Source: a virus (Duplodnaviria; Caudoviricetes). From it: a DNA stretch of 62,799 nt. The position numbers and the translations under genes were made by a program. Position 1 is the stretch's first letter, and the number at the start of each line of letters is the position of its first letter. Below are positions 20,196 through 30,444 of this stretch, in pieces. The stretch covers positions 1 through 62,799 of IMG/VR virus record IMGVR_UViG_3300016472_000673. One strand, written 5' to 3'. The notes under the pieces were generated by a model, which saw only the letters and a program-made list of their open reading frames with translations, did not search any database and was not told where the DNA came from.

Positions 20196-20974
20196 TTCAT
20201 TGTAAATTACACGGTCGATTAGGTAATAATTTATTTACAATAGCTACTGGATTATCTTTAGCTAAAAAGTTAAATACTGGGATAACCGTTGGAGAAACAG
20301 CATTATGCGGACATTATGGTACTGTTCCTATAGATTTGTCTTTATTTAAATATAAATTTATTCAAACTGATAATGTAAATTTAAAATATATTTATAATGA
20401 ACCTACTCTACATTATACTGAAATAGAACCTCAAGATAATACTACTATTTCTGGAGTTTTTGGTTCTTGGAAATATTTTGATGATATAAAAGAAGAATTA
20501 TGGTTTAAATATTTTACTCCTTCTGAGGAAATTGTAAATAATTTATCTAAATACAATATATCTTCTAATACTTTAGGTATTAGTGTTCGTCGTGGAGATT
20601 TTTTAATGCTACAACATAATCATTGTGTTTTATCTATTGAATATTATCAAGAAGCAATAGATAAATATTTTCAAAACAACATAGACTCTATTTATATTTT
20701 TTCAGATGATATAGAATGGTGTAAAGTAGTGTTTGGTGATTCTGTGCATTATGTACAAGATACTGTAAATACTCAATTTTTTTTAATGACTAAAATGAAA
20801 CATCTTATTATATCAAATAGTACTTTTGCATGGTGGGGAGCCTATTTAAATCAAAATAATGGAATCATTATTATCCCTGATCCTTGGTTAGGCCCAGCAT
20901 TAGATCATGAAAATACTAATGATATATATTATCCAATCTGGATAAGGCAAAAACATATTAGAAAAATAGCATGA
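20192..20974 (+). CDS. Alpha-1,2-fucosyltransferase-like (GT11)
   Basis: GRLGN, VRRGD, FSDD, ISNSTFAWWGAYL. Confidence 0.92.
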   Translation: MIHCKLHGRLGNNLFTIATGLSLAKKLNTGITVGETALCGHYGTVPIDLSLFKYKFIQTDNVNLKYIYNEPTLHYTEIEPQDNTTISGVFGSWKYFDDIKEELWFKYFTPSEEIVNNLSKYNISSNTLGISVRRGDFLMLQHNHCVLSIEYYQEAIDKYFQNNIDSIYIFSDDIEWCKVVFGDSVHYVQDTVNTQFFLMTKMKHLIISNSTFAWWGAYLNQNNGIIIIPDPWLGPALDHENTNDIYYPIWIRQKHIRKIA

Positions 20975-21789
20975 AATTATATATAAATCATTTAAGTACA
21001 GAAAATATAAATAATTATTTAAAAGAAAAAAATATAGATCATATTGATTTTTCTCTTTTTATTGATGATATACCTAAAGCAGCACAAGATTTATCTTCTA
21101 TTAATATATTAGTTTTACAAGAACCAAATGAATATTTTGGACTTCATGATTGGACTATAAATAACTATCATTTATTTTCTTTTATTTTAACATGGAGTGA
21201 TAAAGTATTAAATAATTGTCCTAATGCTATATTTCTTCCATTTGGAAATTTATGGATAAATAAAGAACAATATTTGAAATCTCGTGTTAAAAAATTTGAA
21301 GTAGCTCATTTACGTGGTAAAAATTTAAAAACATATGGTCATTCTCTTCGTCATGAAATATTTGATAGAAAAAATGAAATAAAAATTCCAACTAGATTTT
21401 TTGATGTATATGGAGGAATGAATTCTATTGGTGAAGCTAGTAAAGGTAAAGAATTTGTTTTTGGAGATTCAATGTTTGGGATTATAATAGAAAATACGTC
21501 TCATAGAGGATATTTTACTGAAAAGATAATGGATTGTTTTTCTTTAAAAACATTTCCTTTATATTGGGGATGTTCTAATATAACTGATTTTTTCAGTAAT
21601 AAAGGAATAATAAAATTTGATAATGTAGATGATCTTATTTATATTATTAATAATTTAGATGAAAAATTCTATTATAATCATTTAAAAGCAATAGAAGATA
21701 ATTATCAAAAAGCTATTAATGTTATTGATTATGAAATAAGAATAGTAGAAAAAATTAAAGAAATATTTATTTTTAATAATTTAATATGA
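20971..21789 (+). CDS. GT10-like (fucosyltransferase fold) glycosyltransferase
   Basis: IENT..YFTEKIMD..PLYWG. Confidence 0.82.
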   Translation: MKLYINHLSTENINNYLKEKNIDHIDFSLFIDDIPKAAQDLSSINILVLQEPNEYFGLHDWTINNYHLFSFILTWSDKVLNNCPNAIFLPFGNLWINKEQYLKSRVKKFEVAHLRGKNLKTYGHSLRHEIFDRKNEIKIPTRFFDVYGGMNSIGEASKGKEFVFGDSMFGIIIENTSHRGYFTEKIMDCFSLKTFPLYWGCSNITDFFSNKGIIKFDNVDDLIYIINNLDEKFYYNHLKAIEDNYQKAINVIDYEIRIVEKIKEIFIFNNLI

Positions 21790-22685
21790 ATAAAACTAAA
21801 ACTCTTATTCAAGTATTTTCTCTAGTTAAAGAAATAGATTATTTAGAAAGAACTTTATTATTTTTAAAACAAAATTCTTTTTTTGTAGATAAAGAAAAAC
21901 ATTATATAATATTAGATGTTAATTTTCTTATTTCTGATTATTTAACAGATTGGGATAAATCTATCTTAAAAAAAGATTATTTTTTAGATAGATTAAAACA
22001 TTTAGAAAAGTATTATACTAATTGGTGTGATGAGTGCTACTTTGATACTAATGAAACAATTAAGGGAGCATTAGGATATTTTATAAAGAATAGTTTAACC
22101 AAATACCATAATGTAGATAATATTATCTTACTAGAACCAGATGTAATATTTAATCCTTATACTTTAAGTCTTTTTTTAACATCTGCTGAACAAATTAAAA
22201 ATCAATCTTCAAATTATATAATTACAGCTGAGTATGTTAAAATGTGGGATAGTAGTTGGGATATATTAGTTAATTCTAAGTTTATAAATGAATCTTTTAC
22301 TTATAGAAATACTATTGACCCTATAGCAGATACTTATTTTATAAGTAATGATGTTAATTTAATACCTTTAGTTATTAATAATAACAAATATTTTAAATTT
22401 GGAGGAGGATGGTTTACAATGTATTCAAAATCACTTTTTGATTTAATAGATTTTCCCAAAACATTAGATGGTTATGGGCCCTTAGATAATTATATAATGT
22501 ATTTTTGTACTCATCAATCTCATCTTGTAACACAATATAAAATAGAAAATTTAATAGTTACTGATTATCATAATGATACAACATATTATGATAATTATAT
22601 TTTTTCCCATAATAAAAAACAAGATTTGTATAATAAAAATAATGACATAATGTATAGTCATTTTAAAAGTAAATTTGGTTTTTAA
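21786..22685 (+). CDS. Putative GT-A fold protein
   Basis: LLEPD, FGGGWF, GYGPLD; within glycosylation island. Confidence 0.5.
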   Translation: MNKTKTLIQVFSLVKEIDYLERTLLFLKQNSFFVDKEKHYIILDVNFLISDYLTDWDKSILKKDYFLDRLKHLEKYYTNWCDECYFDTNETIKGALGYFIKNSLTKYHNVDNIILLEPDVIFNPYTLSLFLTSAEQIKNQSSNYIITAEYVKMWDSSWDILVNSKFINESFTYRNTIDPIADTYFISNDVNLIPLVINNNKYFKFGGGWFTMYSKSLFDLIDFPKTLDGYGPLDNYIMYFCTHQSHLVTQYKIENLIVTDYHNDTTYYDNYIFSHNKKQDLYNKNNDIMYSHFKSKFGF

Positions 22686-22709
22686 TAAACTTTTAAGTAA
22701 ATTTATAAA

Positions 22710-23336
22710 ATGAAAAATATATATGATGTAACAAACGAATTTGAAAAACGTTTAGGAGAATATACTGGAGCTCCTTATGTAATTACTGTTGATAATCAAT
22801 CTAATGGGTTATTTTTAGCTTTAACTTATGAAAAAGTTAAAGGAATAGAAATAACTATCCCTGCTCGAACTTATCCTTCAGTACCTTGCGAAATTATTCA
22901 TGCTGGGGCTAAAGTAAAATTTATCCCAGTAAAAGGAAAAACAATAAAAGGAGCATATCAATTATCTCCTACTAATGTTTGGGATAGTGCTTTACGATTT
23001 ACTACTAACATGTACATACCAGGAACTCATATGTGTGTTTCATTTACAGGACCTTATAAACATTTTAAATTAAGTAAAGGTGGAGCTATTTTAACTGATA
23101 ATCATGATGCTTATTTATGGTTTAAAAGAGCAAGATATAGTGGTCGTCGTGAATGTTCTTACCATGATGATCATTTTGATATGTTAGGTTGGAATTTTTA
23201 TATGATGCCTGAGTTAGCAGCTAGAGGATTATTATTAATGAATCAGTTTTATAATTTAGATGGAACTCCTAAACACAATGAAGATTTAGAATTACCTTAC
23301 CCGGATTTGTCTAAATTTGAAATTTATAAACAGTAA
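22710..23336 (+). CDS. DegT/DnrJ/EryC1 sugar aminotransferase, short form
   Basis: FEKRLGEYTG, DSA, SFTGPYK..GGAILTD, GWNFYM. Confidence 0.85.
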   Translation: MKNIYDVTNEFEKRLGEYTGAPYVITVDNQSNGLFLALTYEKVKGIEITIPARTYPSVPCEIIHAGAKVKFIPVKGKTIKGAYQLSPTNVWDSALRFTTNMYIPGTHMCVSFTGPYKHFKLSKGGAILTDNHDAYLWFKRARYSGRRECSYHDDHFDMLGWNFYMMPELAARGLLLMNQFYNLDGTPKHNEDLELPYPDLSKFEIYKQ

Positions 23337-23339
23337 AGT

Positions 23340-23882
23340 ATGTTTTATACAAAAGAAGAATTACAAAATGTTGGTTTTAAATCTGTGGGTGAAAATGTTT
23401 TAATTTCTAATAAAGCTTCACTTTATGGAGTTAAAAATATTAAAATTGGTTCTAATGTTAGGATTGATGATTTTTGTATTATTAGTGCCGGAGATGGAGG
23501 AATTGAAATTGGAAACTATGTGCATATAGCCTGTTATGCTCACTTAATGGGAGCAGAAAAAATTATTATTGAAGATTATGCTCAAATCTCAGGTAAAACA
23601 TCAATATATTCATCATCAGATGATTTTTCAGGAGAATATCTTGTTGGACCTACAATTCCTAAAGAATATACAAATGTTAAACATTTAACAGTTCATTTAA
23701 AAAAGTATGTTGTATTAGGATGTAATACTGTTGTTTTACCTGGAGTTACTTTAGGTGAAGGGTGTGCTGTTGGAGCTTTAAGTTTAGTAAATAAAGATTT
23801 AGAACCATATAAAATATATGGGGGATCTCCAATAAAAATTTTAAAAGATAGAAAATCAACAATAGCAAATATAATACTATAA
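23340..23882 (+). CDS. Hexapeptide-repeat acyltransferase (VioB/WbbJ-like)
   Basis: IGSNVRIDDF, VLPGVTLGEG..VGALSLV..GSP. Confidence 0.9.
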   Translation: MFYTKEELQNVGFKSVGENVLISNKASLYGVKNIKIGSNVRIDDFCIISAGDGGIEIGNYVHIACYAHLMGAEKIIIEDYAQISGKTSIYSSSDDFSGEYLVGPTIPKEYTNVKHLTVHLKKYVVLGCNTVVLPGVTLGEGCAVGALSLVNKDLEPYKIYGGSPIKILKDRKSTIANIIL

Positions 23883-23887
23883 TAAAA

Positions 23888-24532
23888 ATGAAAAAAATTG
23901 TAGTTTTTGGAGGTACTGGAGGGTTAGGAGAAAAATTAATTCCTTTTTTAAAAAGAAAGTACAATGTAGTTTCTATAGGTAGTAAAGATGTTGATATAAC
24001 TTCTTTACAGCAAACTCAAAATTTTTTTGAAACAAATGATATTGATATTGTATTAAATATGAGTGGAAAAAAATATGATATTTTTTTAAATGAAATTACT
24101 CAAAATGATATAACTAAAATTCAATCTATGATGAATGTTAATATGTTAGGTAATATAAACATATTAGCAAGTTGTCTTCCTAAAATGATTGAAAAAAAAT
24201 ATGGTAGAATAATATCAATATCATCTATATTTTCTGAATTAAATATTCCCAAAAACTCAATATACTGTGCATCAAAAGCTTTTGTTGATAGATTAATTTC
24301 AGTAGCAAACAAAGAAAATATTAAGTTTGGTATAACATGTAATACTATACAACTTGGATACTGGGATGGAGGAATGTGTTATAGAGTAGATGAAAAATAT
24401 CAAGAAAAGGCAAAAAATAAAATTGGGTTAAAACGTTGGGGATCTATAGAAGAATTATACAATACTATAAATTTTATAGTAGAAAATGAATATGTTTGTG
24501 GAACTAATTTAAAAATAGACGGAGGAATTTAG
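23888..24532 (+). CDS. Short-chain dehydrogenase/reductase (FabG-like)
   Basis: GGTGGLG, ISS, YCASK, IDGG. Confidence 0.88.
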   Translation: MKKIVVFGGTGGLGEKLIPFLKRKYNVVSIGSKDVDITSLQQTQNFFETNDIDIVLNMSGKKYDIFLNEITQNDITKIQSMMNVNMLGNINILASCLPKMIEKKYGRIISISSIFSELNIPKNSIYCASKAFVDRLISVANKENIKFGITCNTIQLGYWDGGMCYRVDEKYQEKAKNKIGLKRWGSIEELYNTINFIVENEYVCGTNLKIDGGI

Positions 24533-24533
24533 T

Positions 24534-25475
24534 ATGAGATACTATAATGTAGGTATTAAAGGTACCGGTTCTTATTTACCTTCTAAAATTATAACAAATA
24601 AAGATATTGAAAAAAAAGTAAATACAACAGATGAATGGATACAACAAAAATTAGGTATAAATGAAAGAAGAGTTGTAGAATATGAATTAACTTCTGATAT
24701 GGGGTATGAAGCTGCTTTAAAAGCACTTGAAGCTTCCAATTTAAATATAAATGATATAGATTTAATTATAGTAGCTACTTCAAGCCCAGAAAAAATATCT
24801 CCATCAATATCATGTACTATTCATAATAAATTTAATGTAGAAAAAAATATACCTGCTTTTGATTTAAATGCTGTTTGTTCTGGATTTGTTTATGCTATAA
24901 ATTTTGTAGTTCCTTTAATTAGTTATAAAGTATATAAAAATGTACTAATTATAGCTACTGAGACTTATTCAAAAATAACAAATTGGGATGATCAACATTG
25001 TGTATTTTTTGGAGACGGAGCTGGAGCGGTAATTTTAGGTTATACAGAGAAAGGTTGGATTTCAGGTGAGAACAATGCTAATGGTAAAGATACAGGAATG
25101 ACAGGGTTTAACTTACCTTTAAATTCAAAGTTTATAATGAAAGGTAAAGAAGTTTGGAATGCTGCTGTTGAATTTATACCTAAATCTGTTAGAAGTATTA
25201 TAAAAATTGCTGATATTAATATAAATAACATTGATTTAATTATACCACACCAACCCAATATTAATATTATTAAACATATATCTAATGATTTAAATATACC
25301 AATGGTAAAATTTAAAACCATTATGAATAAATACGCCAACATAGCCGGTGCTTCTATACCTATTGCTTTAGATGAAGCTGTTAAAAATTCAGAAATCAAA
25401 GAAGATAGTATAATATTATTAACAGCAATAGGATCAGGATGGACTTGGGGATCAACTATAATATCTTATAAATAA
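24534..25475 (+). CDS. fabH: 3-oxoacyl-ACP synthase III
   Basis: GTGSYLP, AVCSGF (Cys), FGDGAGA, PHQPN (His), ANIAGASIP (Asn). Confidence 0.93.
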   Translation: MRYYNVGIKGTGSYLPSKIITNKDIEKKVNTTDEWIQQKLGINERRVVEYELTSDMGYEAALKALEASNLNINDIDLIIVATSSPEKISPSISCTIHNKFNVEKNIPAFDLNAVCSGFVYAINFVVPLISYKVYKNVLIIATETYSKITNWDDQHCVFFGDGAGAVILGYTEKGWISGENNANGKDTGMTGFNLPLNSKFIMKGKEVWNAAVEFIPKSVRSIIKIADININNIDLIIPHQPNINIIKHISNDLNIPMVKFKTIMNKYANIAGASIPIALDEAVKNSEIKEDSIILLTAIGSGWTWGSTIISYK

Positions 25476-25481
25476 AAAAAC

Positions 25482-26621
25482 ATGATATCATTTGTAATTC
25501 CAAGTTATAATAATTTAGAACATTTAAAAAATATTTATACATCAATTAAAAAATATGCTTCTGAAGCAGAGATAATTTTATTAGATGATGGCTCAAATGA
25601 TAGTACTTGGGAATGGATACAACAGTTAGATTGTGTTAAATATAAAAGTGAAAAACGAGTAGGACATACTATTTTATATGATAAAGGTATTGAATTAGCT
25701 ACTAATGATATAGTAGGTATATTACATGCTGATATGATTATAGGTCCTAATTATATTCAAAATATTCTTAAACATCTTAAACCAGGTAAAGTAATTTGCG
25801 CTACAAGAATAGAACCACCTTTACATCCAGAGGGAAAAGAAAAAATTATTAAAGACTTTGGTTTAGATTTTAATAGTTTAAATATATCATCATTTGAATC
25901 TTACTGTTTACAAGCTCAAGAAGAATATAAAGATCAAATTACTAAAGGTATGTTTGCTCCTTGGGTATTATACAAAAGTGATTTTCAAAAAATAGGAGGA
26001 CATGATCCAATATTTGCCCCATTTCCGTATGAAGATTCAGATATATTTCAAAGATGGATTTTAGTTGGTTATGAATTGATTCAAAGTAGAGATGCTTTTG
26101 TGTATCACTTAACATGTCGAGGTCATAGATGGAATGAACAAATAGGTAAAGATGATGAATATTATAAAATAGTATCGCAAAAAGCAGCTAGAAATTATAT
26201 TCGTAAATGGAGTAGTTGGATTAAAAATGATGAATATCAATATCCTATTATTACTCCTAAATATAATATTGGTTTTGTAGTGAATAATTGTAATATGCAA
26301 TTGCTTGAAATACTAGAACCATGGTGCGATAATATTTACGTTGATTGTGAAGTAGATTCATATATTATTAAAGAACAATCTAATACTAAATTTAATTTAA
26401 AAGATAGAATTAGAAAGTATATGTTTAATAATAAAAATAAACCAAATGATATAATAATTGAATTTGATGCTACTAAATTAAATCAAAATAATTTTCAATT
26501 ACTACAACAATTTCCTGAAATTATAACAGAATCAGGGGAAATAGGTGAATTTGAATTAGATATTTTTAATATTAAGATTAATAATATTAAAACATATGAA
26601 CATAATTTAATATATTTATAA
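25482..26621 (+). CDS. Glycosyltransferase GT2-like
   Basis: VIPSYN, DDGSND, HADM, YEDSD. Confidence 0.88.
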   Translation: MISFVIPSYNNLEHLKNIYTSIKKYASEAEIILLDDGSNDSTWEWIQQLDCVKYKSEKRVGHTILYDKGIELATNDIVGILHADMIIGPNYIQNILKHLKPGKVICATRIEPPLHPEGKEKIIKDFGLDFNSLNISSFESYCLQAQEEYKDQITKGMFAPWVLYKSDFQKIGGHDPIFAPFPYEDSDIFQRWILVGYELIQSRDAFVYHLTCRGHRWNEQIGKDDEYYKIVSQKAARNYIRKWSSWIKNDEYQYPIITPKYNIGFVVNNCNMQLLEILEPWCDNIYVDCEVDSYIIKEQSNTKFNLKDRIRKYMFNNKNKPNDIIIEFDATKLNQNNFQLLQQFPEIITESGEIGEFELDIFNIKINNIKTYEHNLIYL

Positions 26622-26633
26622 AAAAATTAATTT

Positions 26634-27173
26634 ATGTCTCGCTCCCGTCGTTCCAAACTTGATCCACTTAATAGAATTATTACTCTGGGAGATATCGATT
26701 CAGAGTCAATAAATGAAATAATTCAACTAATATATGAAATTAATGAAGAAGATATTAAAAAAACACAAGTAGAACCAATAAAACTAATAATTAATTCGTT
26801 TGGAGGAGAATTATATAGTGGACTTGCTTTAATAGATACAATTGATAACTCAAAAACTCCAATTTATACTATATGTCACGGCTCAGCCATGTCAATGGGA
26901 TTAATAGTATATGCTGCTGGCTATTATAGAACAGCAAGTAAATATTCAACGTTTATGTATCATGAAGCTTCATACCCTGTAGAAGGAAAAGTAATATACC
27001 ATAAACAAGAACTGAATGAGACAGAACGAATTGATAAAATATGTGATGATTATTTAGTATCTAAAACTAAATTATCTAAAAAACAATTAGATAAAATTAA
27101 AAACAATCAATTAGATTGGTATTTTGATGTTAAAACAGCATTAGAATATGGAATAGTAGACGAAATTGTGTAA
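26634..27173 (+). CDS. clpP: ClpP-like protease proteolytic subunit
   Basis: INSFGG, AMSMG (Ser), FMYHE (His), DWYF..ALEYGIVDEI. Confidence 0.9.
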   Translation: MSRSRRSKLDPLNRIITLGDIDSESINEIIQLIYEINEEDIKKTQVEPIKLIINSFGGELYSGLALIDTIDNSKTPIYTICHGSAMSMGLIVYAAGYYRTASKYSTFMYHEASYPVEGKVIYHKQELNETERIDKICDDYLVSKTKLSKKQLDKIKNNQLDWYFDVKTALEYGIVDEIV

Positions 27174-27195
27174 TATTTATACATAAACATATATA

Positions 27196-27507
27196 ATGGC
27201 TGAAGTTAAACCTAAATTAAAAATATCAGTTAATAAAAACCCAACAAAAGAAGGTATAAAAGTACAATTTGTAATGCCTGAAGCAATTGCTGGTGATTCA
27301 AAAGCAACTGTAACTCAAAAATTACAATCTAAATTAAACACTGGTTTAAGCCAATATGGTTTAACTATTAATCAAGATACAGATGTACCTTACGCTAATG
27401 TTATTGGTTTCTTAATACCAATAGCCGACATTAAATTATTCATTAAAAAAGCAATTACTGAATCTACAGCTCAACCTCCATCAAATGATGAAACCCCTAA
27501 AGTATGA
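27196..27507 (+). CDS. Hypothetical protein
   Basis: Preceded by an ATATTTAT element at ~27173. Confidence 0.65.
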   Translation: MAEVKPKLKISVNKNPTKEGIKVQFVMPEAIAGDSKATVTQKLQSKLNTGLSQYGLTINQDTDVPYANVIGFLIPIADIKLFIKKAITESTAQPPSNDETPKV

Positions 27508-27803
27508 GACGCAGAATTCCGAAATTTAAAGCAGTATTATCAGAAGGAGAATCGTATGAAATGATGTTAAAAATTCCTGAATTAAAGGAAATTGTTCTCG
27601 AAGAAACATTATTTGCTATTAAAGAAGGAGTAGACAAAAAGAAAAAATCAACGTTGTTGTTTGAATTGGTAGATTTAAATTATTACATTGAGTTGAAAAA
27701 AGATAATTGGAAATCATCTCTTGAAAATGTTTTGGAATTTTATGTTGAACAAGAAGATTATGATAAATGTGTTGAATGTAGAGATTTAATAAATAAATTG
27801 TAG
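27504..27803 (+). CDS. Small protein with C-terminal UVR-like motif
   Basis: EQEDYDKCVECRDL. Confidence 0.6.
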   Translation: MRRRIPKFKAVLSEGESYEMMLKIPELKEIVLEETLFAIKEGVDKKKKSTLLFELVDLNYYIELKKDNWKSSLENVLEFYVEQEDYDKCVECRDLINKL

Positions 27804-27805
27804 TT

Positions 27806-28216
27806 ATGGAAAGAGATAAACAAGCGGATGGGATTAAAAAATCAATTGAAACTATTATAGGTACAAATACTGTTTTAAAACGTAAAAAGAAATCAGAAGA
27901 AGATATTCATAGAGAACATTTTCTTAAAATAATTCAGTTAATGGATGAATTACAGGTTCGTTCAAATATTTTAAATGTTGATTTAAAGCTAAACTTTTAT
28001 GATTATGATTCAAAGTTCTATGAAATAATTGATAGAATGTTTATGCTTCAATACGGTGAAGATATAGCTGAAATTATTTTCTTTTATGTTTATGAACGTT
28101 TAAATCCAGATGGTACAATAAATTCACTACAAGATCAAGAAGGAAATGAAATTATTCTTAATAATCCTTTTGAATTGTGGAATTTAATAGATAAAATTAA
28201 AAAGAATAAAAAATAG
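27806..28216 (+). CDS. Hypothetical protein
   Basis: 136-aa ORF within operon. Confidence 0.65.
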   Translation: MERDKQADGIKKSIETIIGTNTVLKRKKKSEEDIHREHFLKIIQLMDELQVRSNILNVDLKLNFYDYDSKFYEIIDRMFMLQYGEDIAEIIFFYVYERLNPDGTINSLQDQEGNEIILNNPFELWNLIDKIKKNKK

Positions 28217-28218
28217 TT

Positions 28219-28818
28219 ATGCTTGCTAAAGTATATAGTCGAGAAGACATTTTACGGGCTATGCGTTTTACTAAATCTAATCGTGCTGCTGCACGTTATT
28301 TAGGATGTTCATATCAACATTATAAACCATACGCTAAATTATTTAGAGTAGATGAATCTGATCCTAACTCCCCTACTTTATTTGAAGTACATAAGAATCA
28401 AAGTGGAAAAGGAATACCTAAATTCTTACCTAATAAAAGAAAAGAACCAAATGTTAAATTAATATTTGAAACAGGTACAGGATACGAATCATTTACTCCT
28501 GAAAAAATCAAAACAAGAGGTATAGCTGAAGGTTATTTAAAAGATGAATGTTATACTTGTGGTTTTTGTGAGCGAAGATTAACTGATTATAAATCTCCCT
28601 TATTACTTAATTTTAAAGATAATAATAAATCTAATTATTTATTAAATAATTTAGAAATACTATGTTACAACTGTTATTTTCTATATGTAGCAGACCCTCT
28701 TACTCCAGACCAAATAAGACATATTGAAGATAATATTACTGTTAAAGCAGTTCCTTATACTTGGGATTTAGATGAAGCTCATATAGAGAATATGAAGGCT
28801 TTAGGACTTTTGGATTGA
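28219..28818 (+). CDS. HTH plus degenerate HNH/zinc-binding protein
   Basis: SNRAAARYLG, CYTC..NLEILCYNC; catalytic histidines not evident. Confidence 0.6.
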   Translation: MLAKVYSREDILRAMRFTKSNRAAARYLGCSYQHYKPYAKLFRVDESDPNSPTLFEVHKNQSGKGIPKFLPNKRKEPNVKLIFETGTGYESFTPEKIKTRGIAEGYLKDECYTCGFCERRLTDYKSPLLLNFKDNNKSNYLLNNLEILCYNCYFLYVADPLTPDQIRHIEDNITVKAVPYTWDLDEAHIENMKALGLLD

Positions 28819-28897
28819 TTATGAGGTTTCTTGGAAATATAAAGAAATCTTGGATTAGGCAAAATAAAGTCATACATTTAACTTATAATTAAAAAAT

Positions 28898-29188
28898 ATG
28901 CGTTACGAACTAGCACAACAATTTACTGAATTTGAATTACCTAATGAGGTAAAACAAGCATGGAAAGCAGGAATACCATTGATTGGTTCACTTAGATTCA
29001 CAAAAATGATGTTATTCGCAAATAAAGTTGAATTAACTAATGATGATATTGATTATTTTATGGCTATGAAGCCTAAACAAAATGAAGATGAAACTCCTGA
29101 ATCATTTAGAATTCGTTCTAAATTCGCAAAAGCACTCCTAAAATATAGAGCTCATCTTTATGATTATTCTGTTTATTATCAACAATAA
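28898..29188 (+). CDS. Hypothetical protein
   Basis: Class I element at ~28858. Confidence 0.65.
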   Translation: MRYELAQQFTEFELPNEVKQAWKAGIPLIGSLRFTKMMLFANKVELTNDDIDYFMAMKPKQNEDETPESFRIRSKFAKALLKYRAHLYDYSVYYQQ

Positions 29189-29200
29189 AATTAATGTTAT

Positions 29201-29401
29201 ATGAAATATTTTCAAGTTAAAGTTGAATTTACAGTAGAAGAAAATAATAAAATTAAAAAACAAAAAGTAAATTACCTTGTAGATTCAATGACTGTGACTG
29301 AAGCAGAACAGAGAATGGTTAAATATCTCCAAGAACAAGGAGAAAATGAATTCCAAATTAAATCAGCAGTTGAATCTTCTATCTCAGCTGTAATTAGTTA
29401 A
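29201..29401 (+). CDS. DUF4494-like protein
   Basis: KIKKQKVNYLVDSMTVTEAE pattern of the Bacteroidota DUF4494 family. Confidence 0.7.
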   Translation: MKYFQVKVEFTVEENNKIKKQKVNYLVDSMTVTEAEQRMVKYLQEQGENEFQIKSAVESSISAVIS

Positions 29402-29410
29402 AATAATACT

Positions 29411-29485
29411 CGGGATGTAGTACAGCCCGGTTAGTATGCATGGTTTGGGACCATGAGGTCGCTGGTTCGAATCCAGCCATCCCGA
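29411..29485 (+). tRNA. tRNA-Pro(TGG)
   Basis: Acceptor cgggatg/catcccg; anticodon arm catgg-tttggga-ccatg; TTCGAAT loop. Confidence 0.95.
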
Positions 29486-29499
29486 CTACGAGTATTATT

Positions 29500-29587
29500 G
29501 GAGGTTTGGCAGAGAGGTTGATTGCACCGCTCTTGAAAAGCGGCATACGTGATAAGCGTATCTGGGGTTCGAATCCCTAAGCCTCCG
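29500..29587 (+). tRNA. tRNA-Ser(TGA)
   Basis: ccgct-cttgaaa-agcgg, long variable arm, G73. Confidence 0.93.
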
Positions 29588-29588
29588 C

Positions 29589-30437
29589 TTAAGCAAGTAA
29601 TTTATAATATTCTTTAAAATGTTTTAATCGATCAGGTAAACCAATTGTACCTCCATTAACACATTTAGTTACATTCACAACAGTAGTATCACTAGCATCA
29701 ACACATCTGCCTAAACAATTCTTACTAAAAAACCAAGCAGCAGATAATAATGGATACTTAGTTGCTACTAAATCAGGTTCAGCTACAACATCAACACCAA
29801 TAGAATCACTAAATGCTTTATAATTATTTTTACCTGTTAATTGAATATAACCACGTCCGCGATATTTAAAACCTTCACCTGATGCTTCGGGACCGTTACC
29901 CATTCTGCCACCATAAACACGACTAGCTATTTTTTGAGGGTTGCGAGCATAAGAATCAGGAGACACATCTCTAAAATATTTAGGAAATATTTTTCTTAAA
30001 CCATCAGCTGAATAGTTTAAATTTTCACTTACTAGTCTAAATCCTCCTGATTCGTGACCACATTGAGCTAAGAAATGAGCTAATTTAACAGGATTATTAA
30101 TTCCAAACTTTGAAGCAACTTCAGGTATTTGAGATATAACAGTATCAGGTATATGTCCTTTTAATCGTTCAATATTTAATCCTGAAACAGTAGGTATAGT
30201 AGGAGAAGGTGATGGAGTAGATGGAGCTGAAGTTGGTTGGAGATTAACTGTTATTAATTTATTCCAAACTAAATCACCAACTACACCATCAACAACAATA
30301 TTATTATTTATTTGAAATCTTTTAACTGCTTCTTCAGTATTTTTTCCAAAAATACCATCTGCGGTTAAACCTAATTTCTGTTGAATTTTTTTAACATCGT
30401 CACTTTTGGACCCAACTTTAAGTAGTGGCATAAACAC
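29589..30437 (-). CDS. Endolysin: peptidoglycan-binding domain plus GH19 catalytic domain
   Basis: ADGIFGKNTEEAVKRFQ, P/T linker, HFLAQCGHESGG, YRGRGYIQLTGK. Confidence 0.93.
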   Translation of the reverse strand: MFMPLLKVGSKSDDVKKIQQKLGLTADGIFGKNTEEAVKRFQINNNIVVDGVVGDLVWNKLITVNLQPTSAPSTPSPSPTIPTVSGLNIERLKGHIPDTVISQIPEVASKFGINNPVKLAHFLAQCGHESGGFRLVSENLNYSADGLRKIFPKYFRDVSPDSYARNPQKIASRVYGGRMGNGPEASGEGFKYRGRGYIQLTGKNNYKAFSDSIGVDVVAEPDLVATKYPLLSAAWFFSKNCLGRCVDASDTTVVNVTKCVNGGTIGLPDRLKHFKEYYKLLA

Positions 30438-30444
30438 ATTTATT

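Noticed and set aside
10198-26621. Bacterial LPS locus joined by misassembly
   Set aside because: Interleaved with phage endonucleases and phage-type genes, similar composition, and no wzx/wzy or housekeeping genes; read support was not checkable
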